The notes under the pieces are model-generated. The model had not been told where the DNA came from. It did no database searches and worked only from the letters and a program-made list of their open reading frames with translations. A stretch of 64,000 bases of DNA from Oculina patagonica (taxonomy: Eukaryota), in contig NC_135763.1 in assembly GCF_052425735.1 (NCBI RefSeq), forward strand, positions 17,374,298-17,438,297. Reading direction: 5' to 3'. Each line of letters begins with the position of its first letter. Within the stretch, counting starts at the first letter, position 1. The position numbers and the translations under genes are program-made. Positions 1-11,556 of this stretch are shown one piece after another.

Positions 1-2019
1 TCTGTTAACCCCAAGGTTTGTTAGAGACATACCTTAATCCTTTATGTAGAAGAATCTCTGAAATTCTGCTCGAAGTATCTCACAATCGTGGAGACTATTC
101 TTTATTTTCTCTTTTGCTTTCGATCGTACGAACTTCACAAAAGCGGCCAGAAGCACCGCGGACGTTGTAAACACCTTTTTAGGGTGTTGTAAACTCTTTT
201 ATCTGCTCAACACAGGAAAGCACGGGTGTTGTTTCATTGGCAGGAAGCAAGTCTCGCGTTTTCTCGCCGAAAATTTCACGCTCGCGTGAAGCCGCCATGT
301 TTGTTTTGATTTGCCGGCATTTCAAGCTCGCCCTTTCGTACCCATTCTTCGCGCGGTCAAGAAACCCTATAGAGCCACCTTAAGTAGTCCAAGTGAATTC
401 AGCCTGGAATACTTGTGAAATCGCTCTACAATATATATAGTAATTTACGTTGCACAAGATCAGCTAAAGTCGCCTTAAGCGCCGAAAATCGCCTTAAGTC
501 ACCATGTTTTTTTGCCAATTTTGCTAAAGTCGCCTTAAATCGCCTAAAGTCGCCCAAAGTTATGGCGACTTTAGGTCCCAGAGTAGGCCTTTTTTACGTA
601 ACAACACCTGACACCGATGTAAACAACCAAAGCAGGAATACAAAATCAAGGGAAAAAGTACGAATTTGCAATTCTGCCAAAAAAACTAAAAAAATTGAAT
701 TATGTGGAAACAGTCGATATTTGGCCAAACACACAATGTTATGCAAGACAAAATTTATTCACGTCGAAATGTTATTCTCAATTTAAGCTGTTGTAACCAT
801 GTAGAAGGAGTCAGAAAAGAAATGTGGTGTATAATGAACGTACTATAAAGAATAAAATGAAATTTTACTTTGTCATTGGAAAAAAAATTTAAAACAATTA
901 AATCCCGTTTTTAAGTTTGAGAAACGATCGATCCTTAGTTTACCCATCAATCATTACTTTTTTGCCGTGACCTGTGTAAAAACTATCCACGCGCTGTATT
1001 ATTTGTGTTAATTTAACTTTCATTTTTTTTCCTCAAACAATGTACGACAGTTAATTGTTTATGAAGGTATTAGTATTCTTATTTACAGTATGTAATTTTT
1101 GGAAGAAGGATGCAAGAGTAAGAGAAAGAGAAAGATAAGTTTCTCCGTGCGTTTCATTACCTTCTTTTCTTTTCATTACCTCATTTTCCCTTCCATTTCT
1201 CCAGTGATGCTTTCCACCGCGTGTTCCGTTATACGCAACCCAGTGCGCCCCCCCCCCCCCCTTTGGGTTCCCTTGTTTCCCTCCTCCGTTCCCCACTGCA
1301 TTTGCTTTGGGTTCCACCATTCGTTCGCTCGTCGTGGTTTACTTATGCGTCAGTTTAAAGTGTACACGTTTATGCTACGTGGGGCTTAAAGCGGTAAAAA
1401 AAATATATATATCAGCGACAAAAAAAAAATCATTTTTGTCACTGATTGTTTGTTAGACGTTTCGGGTAATCCGTAAGCCTAATAATGGCGAGTTGGTTAC
1501 ACGCTTTTTGAGATAACGTAACGCAAGGCCTTCGCGCGTGACCATAAACGTTACCCACTGAATCTCGCCTCAGGTACAACATCACTAACGATTTTAAAAT
1601 CCATGCAGTGATTAAATAAATAAAATGGCCTTTAAGCTTGAGCCAAATTACCACGAGTGACTTCTCTACGGTAGACCCAAACGCTGCTTCAACTCATAAT
1701 CCCAGAAGGTCGAAACTCTTGACTAATTGTATCCGATAGTTCTTTTTTGGAGCTATTTTTCAGTTTCTGTCTTATTTCATATCACGGTTTTTTTGTTTTA
1801 TTTTATTTTTATTTTTAATTTAACTTCAATGGTAAGTTTTTACAGTTTTCTTCACAGAAGGTGAGAGTTCACGTGGTTTTTTTACGGTGATTATTTTCCG
1901 GTCGATGAATAAGCTAGGTAGAGTTGCTGAAAATCTTGGGGTCAACAAAACAATGGTAGTTCGTCTAAAGTTTTTGCCGCACCATGTTCTATGTTATTAT
2001 TATACTTATATTTTGCCCA

Positions 2020-2358
2020 TTACTTAGGGTAGTCATCAAACGAATATGATTTCAGAAAAGGAAAGTTGTTCATCATTTTTGTAACGCGCACTTTTTGTTT
2101 CGTGGTCCAGACAACTTTGTTTCTCGTGACTGAAGGAACTCCATACAAAATCCTGCTGCACTTTTCCAAGTAATTCTCGGAACACGTGACTCCTAAGTGG
2201 TCACACAATCTTTGCAAAGTTTCCTTGGGTCTTAATACTGTTTCATGTCCTGGAATATCGATAACGGCATCTCTGTACCGTTCCCTAACGCGTTGGTTGG
2301 CGGCTGCCAGGCCAAAGTAGAAATCAATTGCCTTGTCAAGTTCTGTTGCGTTGTTTAT
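2020..2358 (-). CDS. Sulfotransferase-like gene A, terminal exon (INNATELDKAIDFYFGLAAANQRVRERYRDAVIDIPGHETV...). The stop is at 2020.
   Basis: The acceptor is ttttttacgacag| (phase 0). The ORF runs on to a stop. A truncated paralogous fragment lies at 8651-8809. Confidence 0.55.
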   Translation of the reverse strand: MNNATELDKAIDFYFGLAAANQRVRERYRDAVIDIPGHETVLRPKETLQRLCDHLGVTCSENYLEKCSRILYGVPSVTRNKVVWTTKQKVRVTKMMNNFPFLKSYSFDDYPK

Positions 2359-2794
2359 CTGTCGTAAAAAAAGCAAACAAAGAAATTGCAATCAATTTCA
2401 GTGGTACGCTCCTTTTAAAAAAAAAAACTCCTACGACCATTTGGCGATGGGCTACTATTTATCCAAACTTATTATGACCTTATATCGGAGGTGCATGCTT
2501 TTACCACGTAGGTCAATCTTTATATAATTAATGTCGGGGCCTGAAGAATATTAATTGCGGAAAATTCTTACGTTAGTAAAACAGAATTGTCCAGTTTAAT
2601 TCTTAATCTGCTTCTGTTGATAGTCGGTTTTGCTAGCATGTTCCCGAAACAAAACGCACGCGTTCTAGCTTGCCCGGTCTTACAGGGTAGGATGCACCGA
2701 GTAGAATGCACTGTATATCTAAAGTGCTAGTATAGGGCATACTTTAATGATTATCTAGCTGATGTGAAAACCCTTGATAACCTTGCGTTCTTAC

Positions 2795-2998
2795 TTTTAC
2801 TCCTTCTTCCCTCACTGCGTCACGTGAACCTGTTTCGCGAAGCATTATGGTTGCAATGTTGTCAAATGGGTTCCTGATAACGTGTATGAATTTCATTGGT
2901 ACTTGAACGACTTGACCGATTTCTTCAAAAAGGCTCATTCGGCTGCTGTTTAACATTAACAGTCTTGCAGTATTACCTGCTTTCTTGTCACCAATAAC
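2795..2998 (-). CDS. Sulfotransferase-like gene A, exon 3 (VIGDKKAGNTARLLMLNSS...FIHVIRNPFDNIATIM...). It carries the 3'PB-type motif RNPxDxxxT.
   Basis: The acceptor is tttcttcgaaag| and the donor is aaa|gtaaga, both phase 0. RNPFDNIAT resembles the cytosolic and Golgi sulfotransferase motif RNPKDVAVS. Confidence 0.5.
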
Positions 2999-3329
2999 CT
3001 TTCGAAGAAACAAAATACCTTTTAAAAATTGCAATGTCTAAAACTCTGGAGTCGCCGTCAGAGTTAAATAACGTATTTCGACGAAGATACTCTCAAAACT
3101 AAAGAATACCTGGTTAAAACATTAAAGGGGTAGTGTCACCATAAAAAAACGAATCGATTGTTTTCTCCTGGTTTTCTTTTTTTTCCTATTTCTACGCATG
3201 CATGACTGTCCTTCTTTTCGCTTTCTTCCATGGGTATGGGACTCCGCTCTGCGGCCCTTCGAGCCGCTGGAGAGCTCCGCTATTACTTTATTTTGGCGGA
3301 GGGTGGTACTGGCCATGTTTGCAATGTGT

Positions 3330-3560
3330 TTGCACAACACGAAAAGTGCAGGGTGTGAAATTTAGCGATCTCACAACCTTATGACCGCCGCGCTACCACT
3401 AACCTAAGAAAGAATCTATCCTTATTCTCTGTTGATATCCTCCCTGCCATTAACTATTTTAGACTCACTAGTCAGGAAAGAGTGTTTTTGCTCAAAAATC
3501 AAACATTGCCTGTTCCATGGAGGGCTAATGAAAACCATAAAATAAAACATTTTCGCAGGT
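3330..3560 (-). pseudogene. Tandem partial duplicate of the 3' part of gene A exon 2 plus its flank. It is nearly identical to 3660-3910 and sits inside gene A intron 2.
   Basis: Direct sequence identity between 3330-3560 and 3660-3910, including the exon-intron boundary (gagcgagcttacctttattttc). Confidence 0.5.
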
Positions 3561-3762
3561 TTCCTTACTTTCAAAGATTTCAATTTCTTGTTTAAAAACC
3601 AGTTTCAATTTTTTGGAATCTTACTTTTTTTTGGTGGAGAGTGCTATCGTGAATGTAAATTGTCTGCAGAACACGAAAAGTGGAGGTTATGATGCCTGTG
3701 ATCTCACAATCTCATGACCACAAAGGCTCACAAAGCTACCACAAAGTTAAGAGCGAGCTTAC

Positions 3763-4133
3763 CTTTATTTTCTTTTGATACCCTCCTTGCCATAAACCAG
3801 GAATATTGTACGTGTACACTGTTTCAGACTCCTCACTCAGAATAGAGTCTTTTGCTCGAAAAACAAACATTGCCTGCTCCATGGAGAGCTGATGAAGGTC
3901 ATAAAATAAAACATATTTTTGCATGTTTTTTTGTTTAAATATTGGTGACTGGTACTTTGTCCAACGTTTTAGCAGATTGTACTCATGAGGGATGTTAACC
4001 TCTGGGTGAGCGTCCAATATGGCGGCCACTAAGCTGTGACTACTGCGAGGATATCCAATAAACATCACAAATGTCTCCACTTCATCGTACACTTTAAAGA
4101 GTTTCTCCGCAGGAGAAAGGAGAGGCGTTTCTT
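3763..4133 (-). CDS. Sulfotransferase-like gene A, exon 2 (EETPLLSPAEKLFKVYDEVETFVMFIGYPRSSHSLVAAILDAHPEV...). It carries a 5'PSB-like P-loop (GYPRSSHS).
   Basis: A phase-1 acceptor ctttttgcag| matches the exon 1 donor phase. The donor is aag|gtaagc. A paralog at 9002-9384 gives the same acceptor phase. Confidence 0.6.
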
Positions 4134-4426
4134 CTGCAAAAAGAAAACTGTAACTCATCTTTCAAAACACTGAGTATTTTTATCTTACTCTGGTTTAACT
4201 GCAGAATACCCCACCATCCTTTAGCTCTTTCCAAAAACGTGGATACGCAGTGGTTGACATCGTACTTGCCGAGTGGCTACGCGGTGATCTAAATTTTTTT
4301 GGAGCTTTTACTTGAGAAAGGAACAAAATTAGAAAAGATCCAAGGGGTACTTGAAACCCGAGGACGGTCTTAACCTGATCCAACCTGTTCAGCCTGCGGG
4401 AAGAAGTTGACATCTTCTTTACTTAC

Positions 4427-4610
4427 CGGTTTTGCAGCCTGTCGACGTTGCTTGAGCGGATGACGTTTTGCCTCCGTGGAAAGCATTTTCTTTTAATGGG
4501 GGCACTTGTGGTACAGATTTGAAAGCATCATTTTCTGTTCTGCGACTGATAATATAAACAACCAAAACAAAGCTAACCAAAACTGCTGCAAACAAAAGAG
4601 CATACTTCAT
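4427..4610 (-). CDS. Sulfotransferase-like gene A, exon 1. The ATG is at 4610. It encodes an N-terminal signal-anchor (MKYALLFAAVLVSFVLVVYIISRR) typical of type II Golgi enzymes. The donor is phase 1 (acc g|gtaagt).
   Basis: There is a real ATG and a hydrophobic TM stretch. A GTAAGT donor is present. A paralogous exon lies at 12475-12673. Confidence 0.55.
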
Positions 4611-7600
4611 CTTTAAAACGTATCTGAAAATGAAAAAATACGGTAAATTGCATTAAAGTATTTAGACGGAATCCGCCAGGACTTCGAGTACTTAATAATT
4701 TTTAAATATATTTTTTTCCAATTGAATTGGAAAAAAATATGTACCAAAATTATTTACATCTCATTGCAAGCTTCTGCGTTACTGTTTCAAATATCTTACC
4801 GAGAGAAATCATTTCTAGCAACACAAAAAATAAAAAACAAAGTTTGTGCACGTGACATTCGTATTGGTAATCAAATGGTGACGAGTGAAATTAGGAAATA
4901 ATTTCACGCGCGTTTTGTCAAAATGCCAGCTAATAATTTCCCGAGCCTTAAGCATACATTTTGCTCAAGCTCGCAAGTGTTTTAGTCTTTGAAGAAAACC
5001 TTTTAGAAATTCCTTTTTGCTGCTGAAAAAAAGTTTCAAAGATGAATCAACTGTCAATTATTTCTCACATTATGACCGTAGTTCGTCTTGAATGAACTGA
5101 AAACGTTGCCCATGTAAAACGCTCAAAAATCCGCTCGATGCCATTTAGTCACTCACTCACTCACTGCCTATTGTGCCCACTGGCACGTAGGACAGCATTT
5201 AGGCAATTGGCTTAAGTCTTGAAGTCGTTTTGACGTTTTGAAATATAAAATATCATCAAAAGCTTTATTACATGACCAAGGCTAGCTGGCTAAGGTGAAA
5301 TTCAAGCGAAAATGTACAAAGTTTAAGCTTTAAAACATCTTTTATTACGGACGCCATCTTGTCGCTTACTACGTTGCCATGGCAATTTTATAATTTCACA
5401 AGTGAAATTATAAAACGTTAAAATTTCGCGCCAAAGTTAAGGAGTAATTTGTCACCTATGATATTATTATAATAATCCCCGTTACGTGAAGCCGAGTAAC
5501 AATGGCCGTTTTCACACTAAAAACGAACAAATCGTCTCAGTGTGAAAACGGGACGAACATGGTTTTGGACGCGCAAGTCGTCTGAATTTCTCCATCGATT
5601 TGGCCGTCTGGGAAGACGATTTTTTGAGGACGCCGACTTGGTCGTATGGACGGACAAGTCGTCTAAAAATTCACACTAGACGAACAAATCATCGGACGAC
5701 TTGTCCATCTGGAAAATTCCAGTTTTATGACATCGCGACAGCTTGGCGATCGAGGGTGAAACTTTTCTACTTTATCTTCCTTCTTCATGAAGCCTTAAAG
5801 AAAGTCCAAAGGAAAACATCTCGCTCTTTGAGAAGAAACGTCCTTTCTCTACACTAGACAGGAATTTTGGATAAATTTGAATCGTTTAAACTGGTAAATT
5901 TTGCGTTCTTTGGTTCGATTGTTGACCTTGCTTTGCGAACAATCGGTCTGGTAGTATCAAATGGAACAGTAAATTTCCGGTCATTCTAGGAAAAACGGGA
6001 AAAAGGGAATACCTCTGAAGGTTTTTCTTTTATTCCGAAAAAATTCCAAAAAAGAACAGCCCCTTCCATTTGATTTTCCACCGAAACAACCGGTTTTTCC
6101 ATTCAAATGTAAAGCCTAAATACACGGAGATGTTTTCAAGCCAAGGTTGTCAAATAAAATTTTCAAGCTAATTAACTAAGACTCCTTCCAATTCTTTAAA
6201 TTTTCCGTCGTTATTAAGAAAGAAAAATACATTTAAAGGTATTATTTTATGCATTCACATAACCAAGTTTACAAATTCATTTAGTTTCCGACCGTGACAA
6301 CGGCGGTTGCCTTTACAAGAATTCAGAATTTACGTGGCCGCTTGATCATGAATTTTCATATCATACATATCAGTATAAAATAGAATAAATGAATGTTTTC
6401 TTTCCTTTTCTTTTTTTGATTGTCAGTGTTGTCATTATAAGATTCTGGTCATGCGAGTCTTGTTTGATTATTATACCGGCCATTCATTTATCAATTTATA
6501 GCAGGAGCCCGCTCTTGTTAATAGCAGCTGTGATAAAAAAAAAAAAAAAAAAAACTACTTCCAAATTCTAATTCGATCGGGAAAACACGGCCCAAGAAGC
6601 TTCTCTGAGCTTCAAAATGACAGCCGTGTTTAAGTACAGGTAAGGTAAGGTGATGCGAGAGAAAATTTATGTTACACCATCAACGATCTAGAGTAAAACT
6701 GTAAACGACGAAAATTGATTAAATTAAAAACAAAAATACATTTAAAAATAAAATTGCTCATCGGCGTTCGCATTTACCACGATGCAAATTATTTACAGTT
6801 AGGTCGGCTCTAAGAAACAAATTTAAAAACTAACTTTAGGAGTCAAACTGCCTGATCCTACCTGATTCTTCCCTGGCAATGATACAGCGTACTGGTGAAG
6901 TTGATCCTATCTTGAGGACGGTTATTTAAATCAAGTGATAGTGGGGGATATGCTAAAATGTGGTCTTTCTAATTGATAACATCTCGAATTAGGTTATTGG
7001 CTGCCTCACATGAATGGCTAGTTCCCATCAAGAGTACAATAGAACAAACAACATGAACAATGCCCCTAGCTCCAGAAATTAACAATACCAACGGCTACAC
7101 CAGAGGACCAATAGAATAATTAAGCTTCATAGAACTTGTTTTTTCGACAATTCGCCAACATACCGACGAAAAGACCTTTTTCGCTTGGGCGTTTTGTTGC
7201 CCCATTACAGACCATGTGATGATACTCTTGAGAATTTTTGCTTTCAAATTTTCAAATAGTCGCGTGTATATTTAACAATTATCCTGCGAAATCGCGCGGA
7301 ATTTCGCCTGTTATTTGCCGCGGGGCCGTGGGCGGGGTTGGCTAAAATAAGATATTTTTTCCCGAATTTGGGGAGAATTTTTTTTTTTTTTTTTAATATT
7401 TTTTAAAAAAAAATTTTTTTGAAAAAAAAAAAATTTTTAAAAGGCTTAAAAATTTTCAGAATTCTAACCCTATTTTCAGGTATATTTTTTATAGGAAAAA
7501 AAGAAATAAATTACAGGGGGGGGGGGCGCCGAAAAAAATGAATAGATTTTATGTGGACAAAAGGAAAATTCTCTAGAGAACATCACGTGGTCTGTAATGG

Positions 7601-8082
7601 GAAAACAAACCGCCCAAGCGAAAAAGGTCTATTCGAAGACCGACCAAAAATATTCGAACTTTGTTTTCCACGATCCGAACTTCCTGACATGAAGAGTTGG
7701 AATCCGGGCAAAAATTCTCAGCTTATCCGTGATACGCTCAATGTATCGCAAAAAAAATCCACAGTCTGTGCGCTTTTTAAGGCTAAATCCGTCGATCTGC
7801 GAACCTATTCGCCCCCCCCCCCCCCTCATGAAATCACATGGACATCGTGAGATGATAACAACATGAATGATTTTGTTCGCAGTATCAAAGAAAATGCCGT
7901 TCCTCGCCATCAATTGTGAATCCTCAATAGTGATATACCCGCTGATAAGGTCCAAAGGCAGTCAATTTTTTGGTAACATTGTATTTTATTGTAAATAATA
8001 AAGATGGTAAATTTTGCTCGGTAATAAATAATGAAGATGAAGTATTCAACATGACACGAGCATGGGACAAAGAAAAATTCTG

Positions 8083-8156
8083 AGTCCCCGACGGGAATCG
8101 AACCCATGGCCTCCCAGATACCGGTTGGGCGCTCTAACCAACTGAGCTACGAGAGA
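8083..8156 (-). tRNA. tRNA-like Pol III unit, left arm of a 345-bp palindrome. It has a D-arm TAGCTCAGTTGGTTAGAGC and a T-arm GGTTCGATTCC. The anticodon loop is CCGGTAT, with GGT at positions 34-36 if read canonically. The acceptor stem is imperfect, so this is possibly a tRNA pseudogene or SINE head.
   Basis: Canonical D and T arms. A 4-bp anticodon stem with an A31·C39 mismatch. It is followed by a T-run (aattttt). Confidence 0.45.
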
Positions 8157-8235
8157 CTCGTTGTGAGCTGGGCCATTAATTTTATCAACCAAGTGTCACT
8201 TATCAACCTAGTACAATGGCCCAGCTCACAACGAG

Positions 8236-8309
8236 TCGCTCGTAGCTCAGTTGGTTAGAGCGCCCAACCGGTATCTGGGAGGCCATGGGTTCGATTCCCG
8301 TCGGGGACT
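8236..8309 (+). tRNA. tRNA-like Pol III unit, right arm of the same palindrome. It is the mirror copy of 8083-8156.
   Basis: Same as the left copy. The arms 8025-8172 and 8223-8370 are near-perfect reverse complements. Confidence 0.45.
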
Positions 8310-8650
8310 CAGAATTTTTCTTTGTCCCATGCTCGTGTCATGTTGAGTACTTCATCTTCATTGTATTTTATTTTATCTAAAACATTTTGACTCATGATCT
8401 TTTTCATATTGTTTGTACATGTTTCATGTTAAAAATTTTGAAATGATTGGCAATCCGACCATCCCAGGATATAAATTCTGCCCAACAATAGTCTCGCAGA
8501 TCCGGCTGTTTTACGCAAAAGTGCAGCCACTGTAAACGCGAAGACTTGTCTGAGCCGCGCGGTTCCTGACTCGTTCCCAGTGCTTGATATTTATCCTCCT
8601 CTCATTTGATTTGTTTGCTTACCAGGAAACATGCATCTTAATTAAACTAA

Positions 8651-8809
8651 TTACTTGTAATATAAAACACAGACTACAATGTTTGGGCAAAACAGTTTAT
8701 TGACTAGCAGACTAACAGCATCTCCATACCGTTCCTTATCACGTTGGTTGGCGGCTGCCATTCCAAAGTAGCTTTTAATTGCCCAGTCAAGTTCTCTTGC
8801 GTTGTTTAT
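8651..8809 (-). pseudogene. Sulfotransferase-like paralog B, truncated last-exon fragment. The exon 3 equivalent is missing. Homology ends after ...ERYGDAV and a stop follows soon after.
   Basis: It aligns to 2255-2358 of gene A with the same acceptor (ttaacgacag|). It diverges right after that, and no exon 3 homolog lies between 8810 and 9001. Confidence 0.45.
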
Positions 8810-9001
8810 CTGTCGTTAAGAAAACAATCAAACAAACAAGTTGCCATCAATTTAAGTAACGCCGTCATAGAATGGTGGAATACTAATCGCTCTGACAATT
8901 TCAATCCTACTTGTTCGGAAATTCTTAATACGAAGAGTGAACATTAACAGTACTCGTCATTTCCATTTTGTGATCTCACACTACAATGCCAGTACAAAAG
9001 A

Positions 9002-9384
9002 CGACCTTACCTTTATTTTCTTTAGATATCCCCCTTGCCACAAACCAGGAATATTGTACGTGTACACTGTTTCAGACTTACTAGTCCGGAGAGAGTTATT
9101 TGCTCGAATGTCAAACATGGCCTGTTCAAAGGAGAGTTGATGAAGGTCATAAAATAGAACGAATTTTTGTAGGTTTTTCTGTTTTAGTTCTGGTGACTGG
9201 TACTTTGCCCAATTTGCAAGCACATTGTACTCATGAGGGATGATAATCCCTGGGTGAGCGTCCAATATGGCGCCCACCAAGCTATGACTGCTGTGAGGAT
9301 ATCCAATGAACATCACAAATGTCTCCACTTCATCGTACACTTTGAAGAGTCTTTCTGCAGGAGAAAGGAAAGGCGTTTCATCAT
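9002..9384 (-). pseudogene. Sulfotransferase-like paralog B, exon 2 (DETPFLSPAERLFKVYDEVETFVMFIGYPHSSHSLVGAILDAHPG...). It is intact in frame.
   Basis: It is about 75% aa identical to gene A exon 2. It has the same phase-1 acceptor (ttcttttgcag|) and a donor aag|gtaagg. The track's M is a TTG. Confidence 0.55.
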
Positions 9385-9444
9385 CTGCAAAAGAATCAAT
9401 CAACGCAGTTGAGTTATTTTCATAGGCCGTTTCTTAACTTCTTC

Positions 9445-9897
9445 CCCGGGGGGGGGGGGTACTCCCATAAATTTCGGATAGGGGTGTGCCGCCAAGTTTT
9501 TAAACCCTTACCCTATTTAAGGATAAAGAAAGCGAAAATTGATACCCTTTTTAAGGCCCCAAACCGAAAAATGACACCCTATTCAAGGGAAGAAGAAGCG
9601 ATCTGTGACGACCCAAATAGCGGCAAACCGCGCACGGCCAAACAGAAATCTTTATAAAATCGCTTTACTAATACTTGAACGGGTATTTCAGTTTTAAGAT
9701 ACCTTTTTTTCGTTTATCTGGGCGTTTATTAAAGCTGATAGAATATAGGTACCCTATCGAAGGATCACACCAGGAACAAATGCCAAAAGGACCAAAAATG
9801 ATACCCTATTTAAGGACCGAGAACCTCAAAAAACCATACCCGAACGGGCGGCACATACCTATATAGCCCATATATGTGAGTACCCCCCCCCCCCGGG
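9445..9897. mobile_element. Non-autonomous DNA transposon (MITE, about 450 bp) with G-rich TIRs (CCCGGGGGGGGGGTACTC...GAGTACCCCCCCCCCCGGG) and a perfect 8-bp TSD ACTTCTTC. It is hAT-like by TSD length.
   Basis: The TIRs and the 8-bp direct duplication are read directly at 9437-9444 and 9898-9905. No ORF. It lies in the intron of sulfotransferase paralog B. Confidence 0.55.
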
Positions 9898-11488
9898 ACT
9901 TCTTCTTGGTTCGCAGCATTAACGATTTACATTTCTCAAACTTAATAATAATTCTTCAAGTTAAAACAATGAAAATCATAACTGTACCCGTTCTTATTAA
10001 GAATTGTTTTTTAACGATATATTGCTCCGTTTAATCCGTAGGTTTTGTTTCGATTGAGGAGATACCGGTATATCAAACACTCGAGACTGTGTTTCATCGA
10101 CTATTCAAACACCTCGATCGAATTTCGTCAAAAATACTCCGCTGCGCTTTGTATTTTCAACTACTCTTCTCGCTGTTTGGATATCCCGATGAAACACTGT
10201 CTCTCGTGTTTAATATATTACATATAGAGCTGCTTGGCTGATTTGAAGAACAGACCATTTGCATGAATGAATGATAAAGGTTCTTATATAGCGCATTTAC
10301 AGAGCTCAATACGCTTCACAATTCGAATTATGGGATGAGACCGGACATCAGCATATCATGACGTAACGCACAAAGACTTCGGTAGTTGTAGTAAAGCTTG
10401 CGGGAAATTTTGACTCGTCATCAAGCCCACTCAGGGGAGCCCAAGAAAATTGTGATGGAGGTTACTCTCACCGAAGAAACCGGGGTTCGGGCTTTAAAAT
10501 AAAGTGGAGTGCAAATCATTTTGGATCTGTGGCCCATATTTAGTGGAACCAAAGGCTCCATCCCCCTAGGGATGAAAAGTTGAAGCCTCTTAGGCGTAAT
10601 TTCCGCGATTCTGAGCAGCTTTATACAGCTGTCGATTAGGGTATTAAAACACTGTTCTTCCTTGATAATTTGGCAATATATTTTTTCTTCAACTTACCTT
10701 GAGTTATATTTCGGAAAAAACGTCTACTTCTTATGAAGTGAACAGTGATTGAAATTTAAAGTTGACAAGCCAGGAACTTACAGGAAAGAACAGATATTTT
10801 TTTTTTGTTCACCCACGTGCGTGAAAATTTTTAGCCCTTGGCAAAGTGGCCTGAGAACAACTTTGGCGACTTTGCTTGCTTTTGAAATCGCTTCGATGCG
10901 AGAAAACGGTACAAAAACTCGCTAAAAAAAAGATGTAAATGGAGAAGAAAATCATTCCAGCTAGGCTAAAACAACTGTTGAAAGTTAAAAGGAATCTAAT
11001 TTTTTTAAAATTGTACGCACATGTTTTGTTTTATTAAGCCAGAAGTTCATAAAATGGGCCTTTTGAAAATCTCCTTTCTTTTGAAAAATGGCCTTTCTTA
11101 ACTTTGAACGGCCGCCTGACTATGTAGGGTGGATGGACATTGTCCTTATTTCCTATTTTAATTTGTTTATTTTTATTTTTCTGGTGGATCAAGAGGGGTG
11201 GCTAGCCACCCAATCCACCCCCCTGGATCCGCCCCTGAGTTTGGCAGTGTTTGGTTGAATCTTGGAAAAGTTATAAGCGTTCAAAGTCAACGCAGGCCTC
11301 AAAAGCTCCCCCCCCCCCCCCCCCGGGGTCTGAATAGGGTTAAATAAAGTTTATTGTATTGTATTTGTATTGAGATATAAGGCTAAAATTATTTACAAAA
11401 ATCCTCGATGTCGGCCTAGAGGAATGAATTTCTACCGAGTCAACTCAGCCAACGTACATAAACTTCGCCACACAACGTACATAACTTA

Positions 11489-11556
11489 CCGTATGTGAAA
11501 CAAACGTTTTGGGGAAACCCCTCCTGATGGAGGGGTTTCCCCAAAACGTTTGTTTT
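11489..11556. repeat. Perfect hairpin with a 27-bp stem and a 6-nt loop (AAACAAACGTTTTGGGGAAACCCCTCC TGATGG AGGGGTTTCCCCAAAACGTTTGTTT).
   Basis: Read directly. Confidence 0.8.

Larger units (their letters stand above)
8025..8370. repeat. Near-perfect palindrome of about 345 bp (arms 8025-8172 and 8223-8370, 50-bp spacer). It carries one tRNA-like unit in each arm.
   Basis: The arms are reverse complements over about 148 bp, including flanks (atgaagatgaagtattcaacatgacacgagcatggg...). Confidence 0.7.

Noticed and set aside
3736-4158. ORF-track start M at 4158 and M at 9403 taken as protein starts
   Set aside because: An in-frame TGA lies immediately upstream of 4158, and the position-9403 M is a TTG. 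Homology and phase show these are internal exons spliced from the upstream signal-anchor exons through phase-1 acceptors at 4133 and 9384.
4195-4413. ORF (KAPKKFRSPRSHSAST...) between sulfotransferase exons 1 and 2 as an extra exon
   Set aside because: Every splice-compatible reading hits a stop or needs weak sites. The direct exon 1 to exon 2 junction is phase-consistent and is mirrored in paralog B.
8083-8309. Calling the 8-kb units bona fide tRNA genes of a defined isotype
   Set aside because: The acceptor stem does not pair (TCGCTCG against CGGGGAC) and the anticodon loop has C33. I kept them as tRNA-like or pseudogene only.
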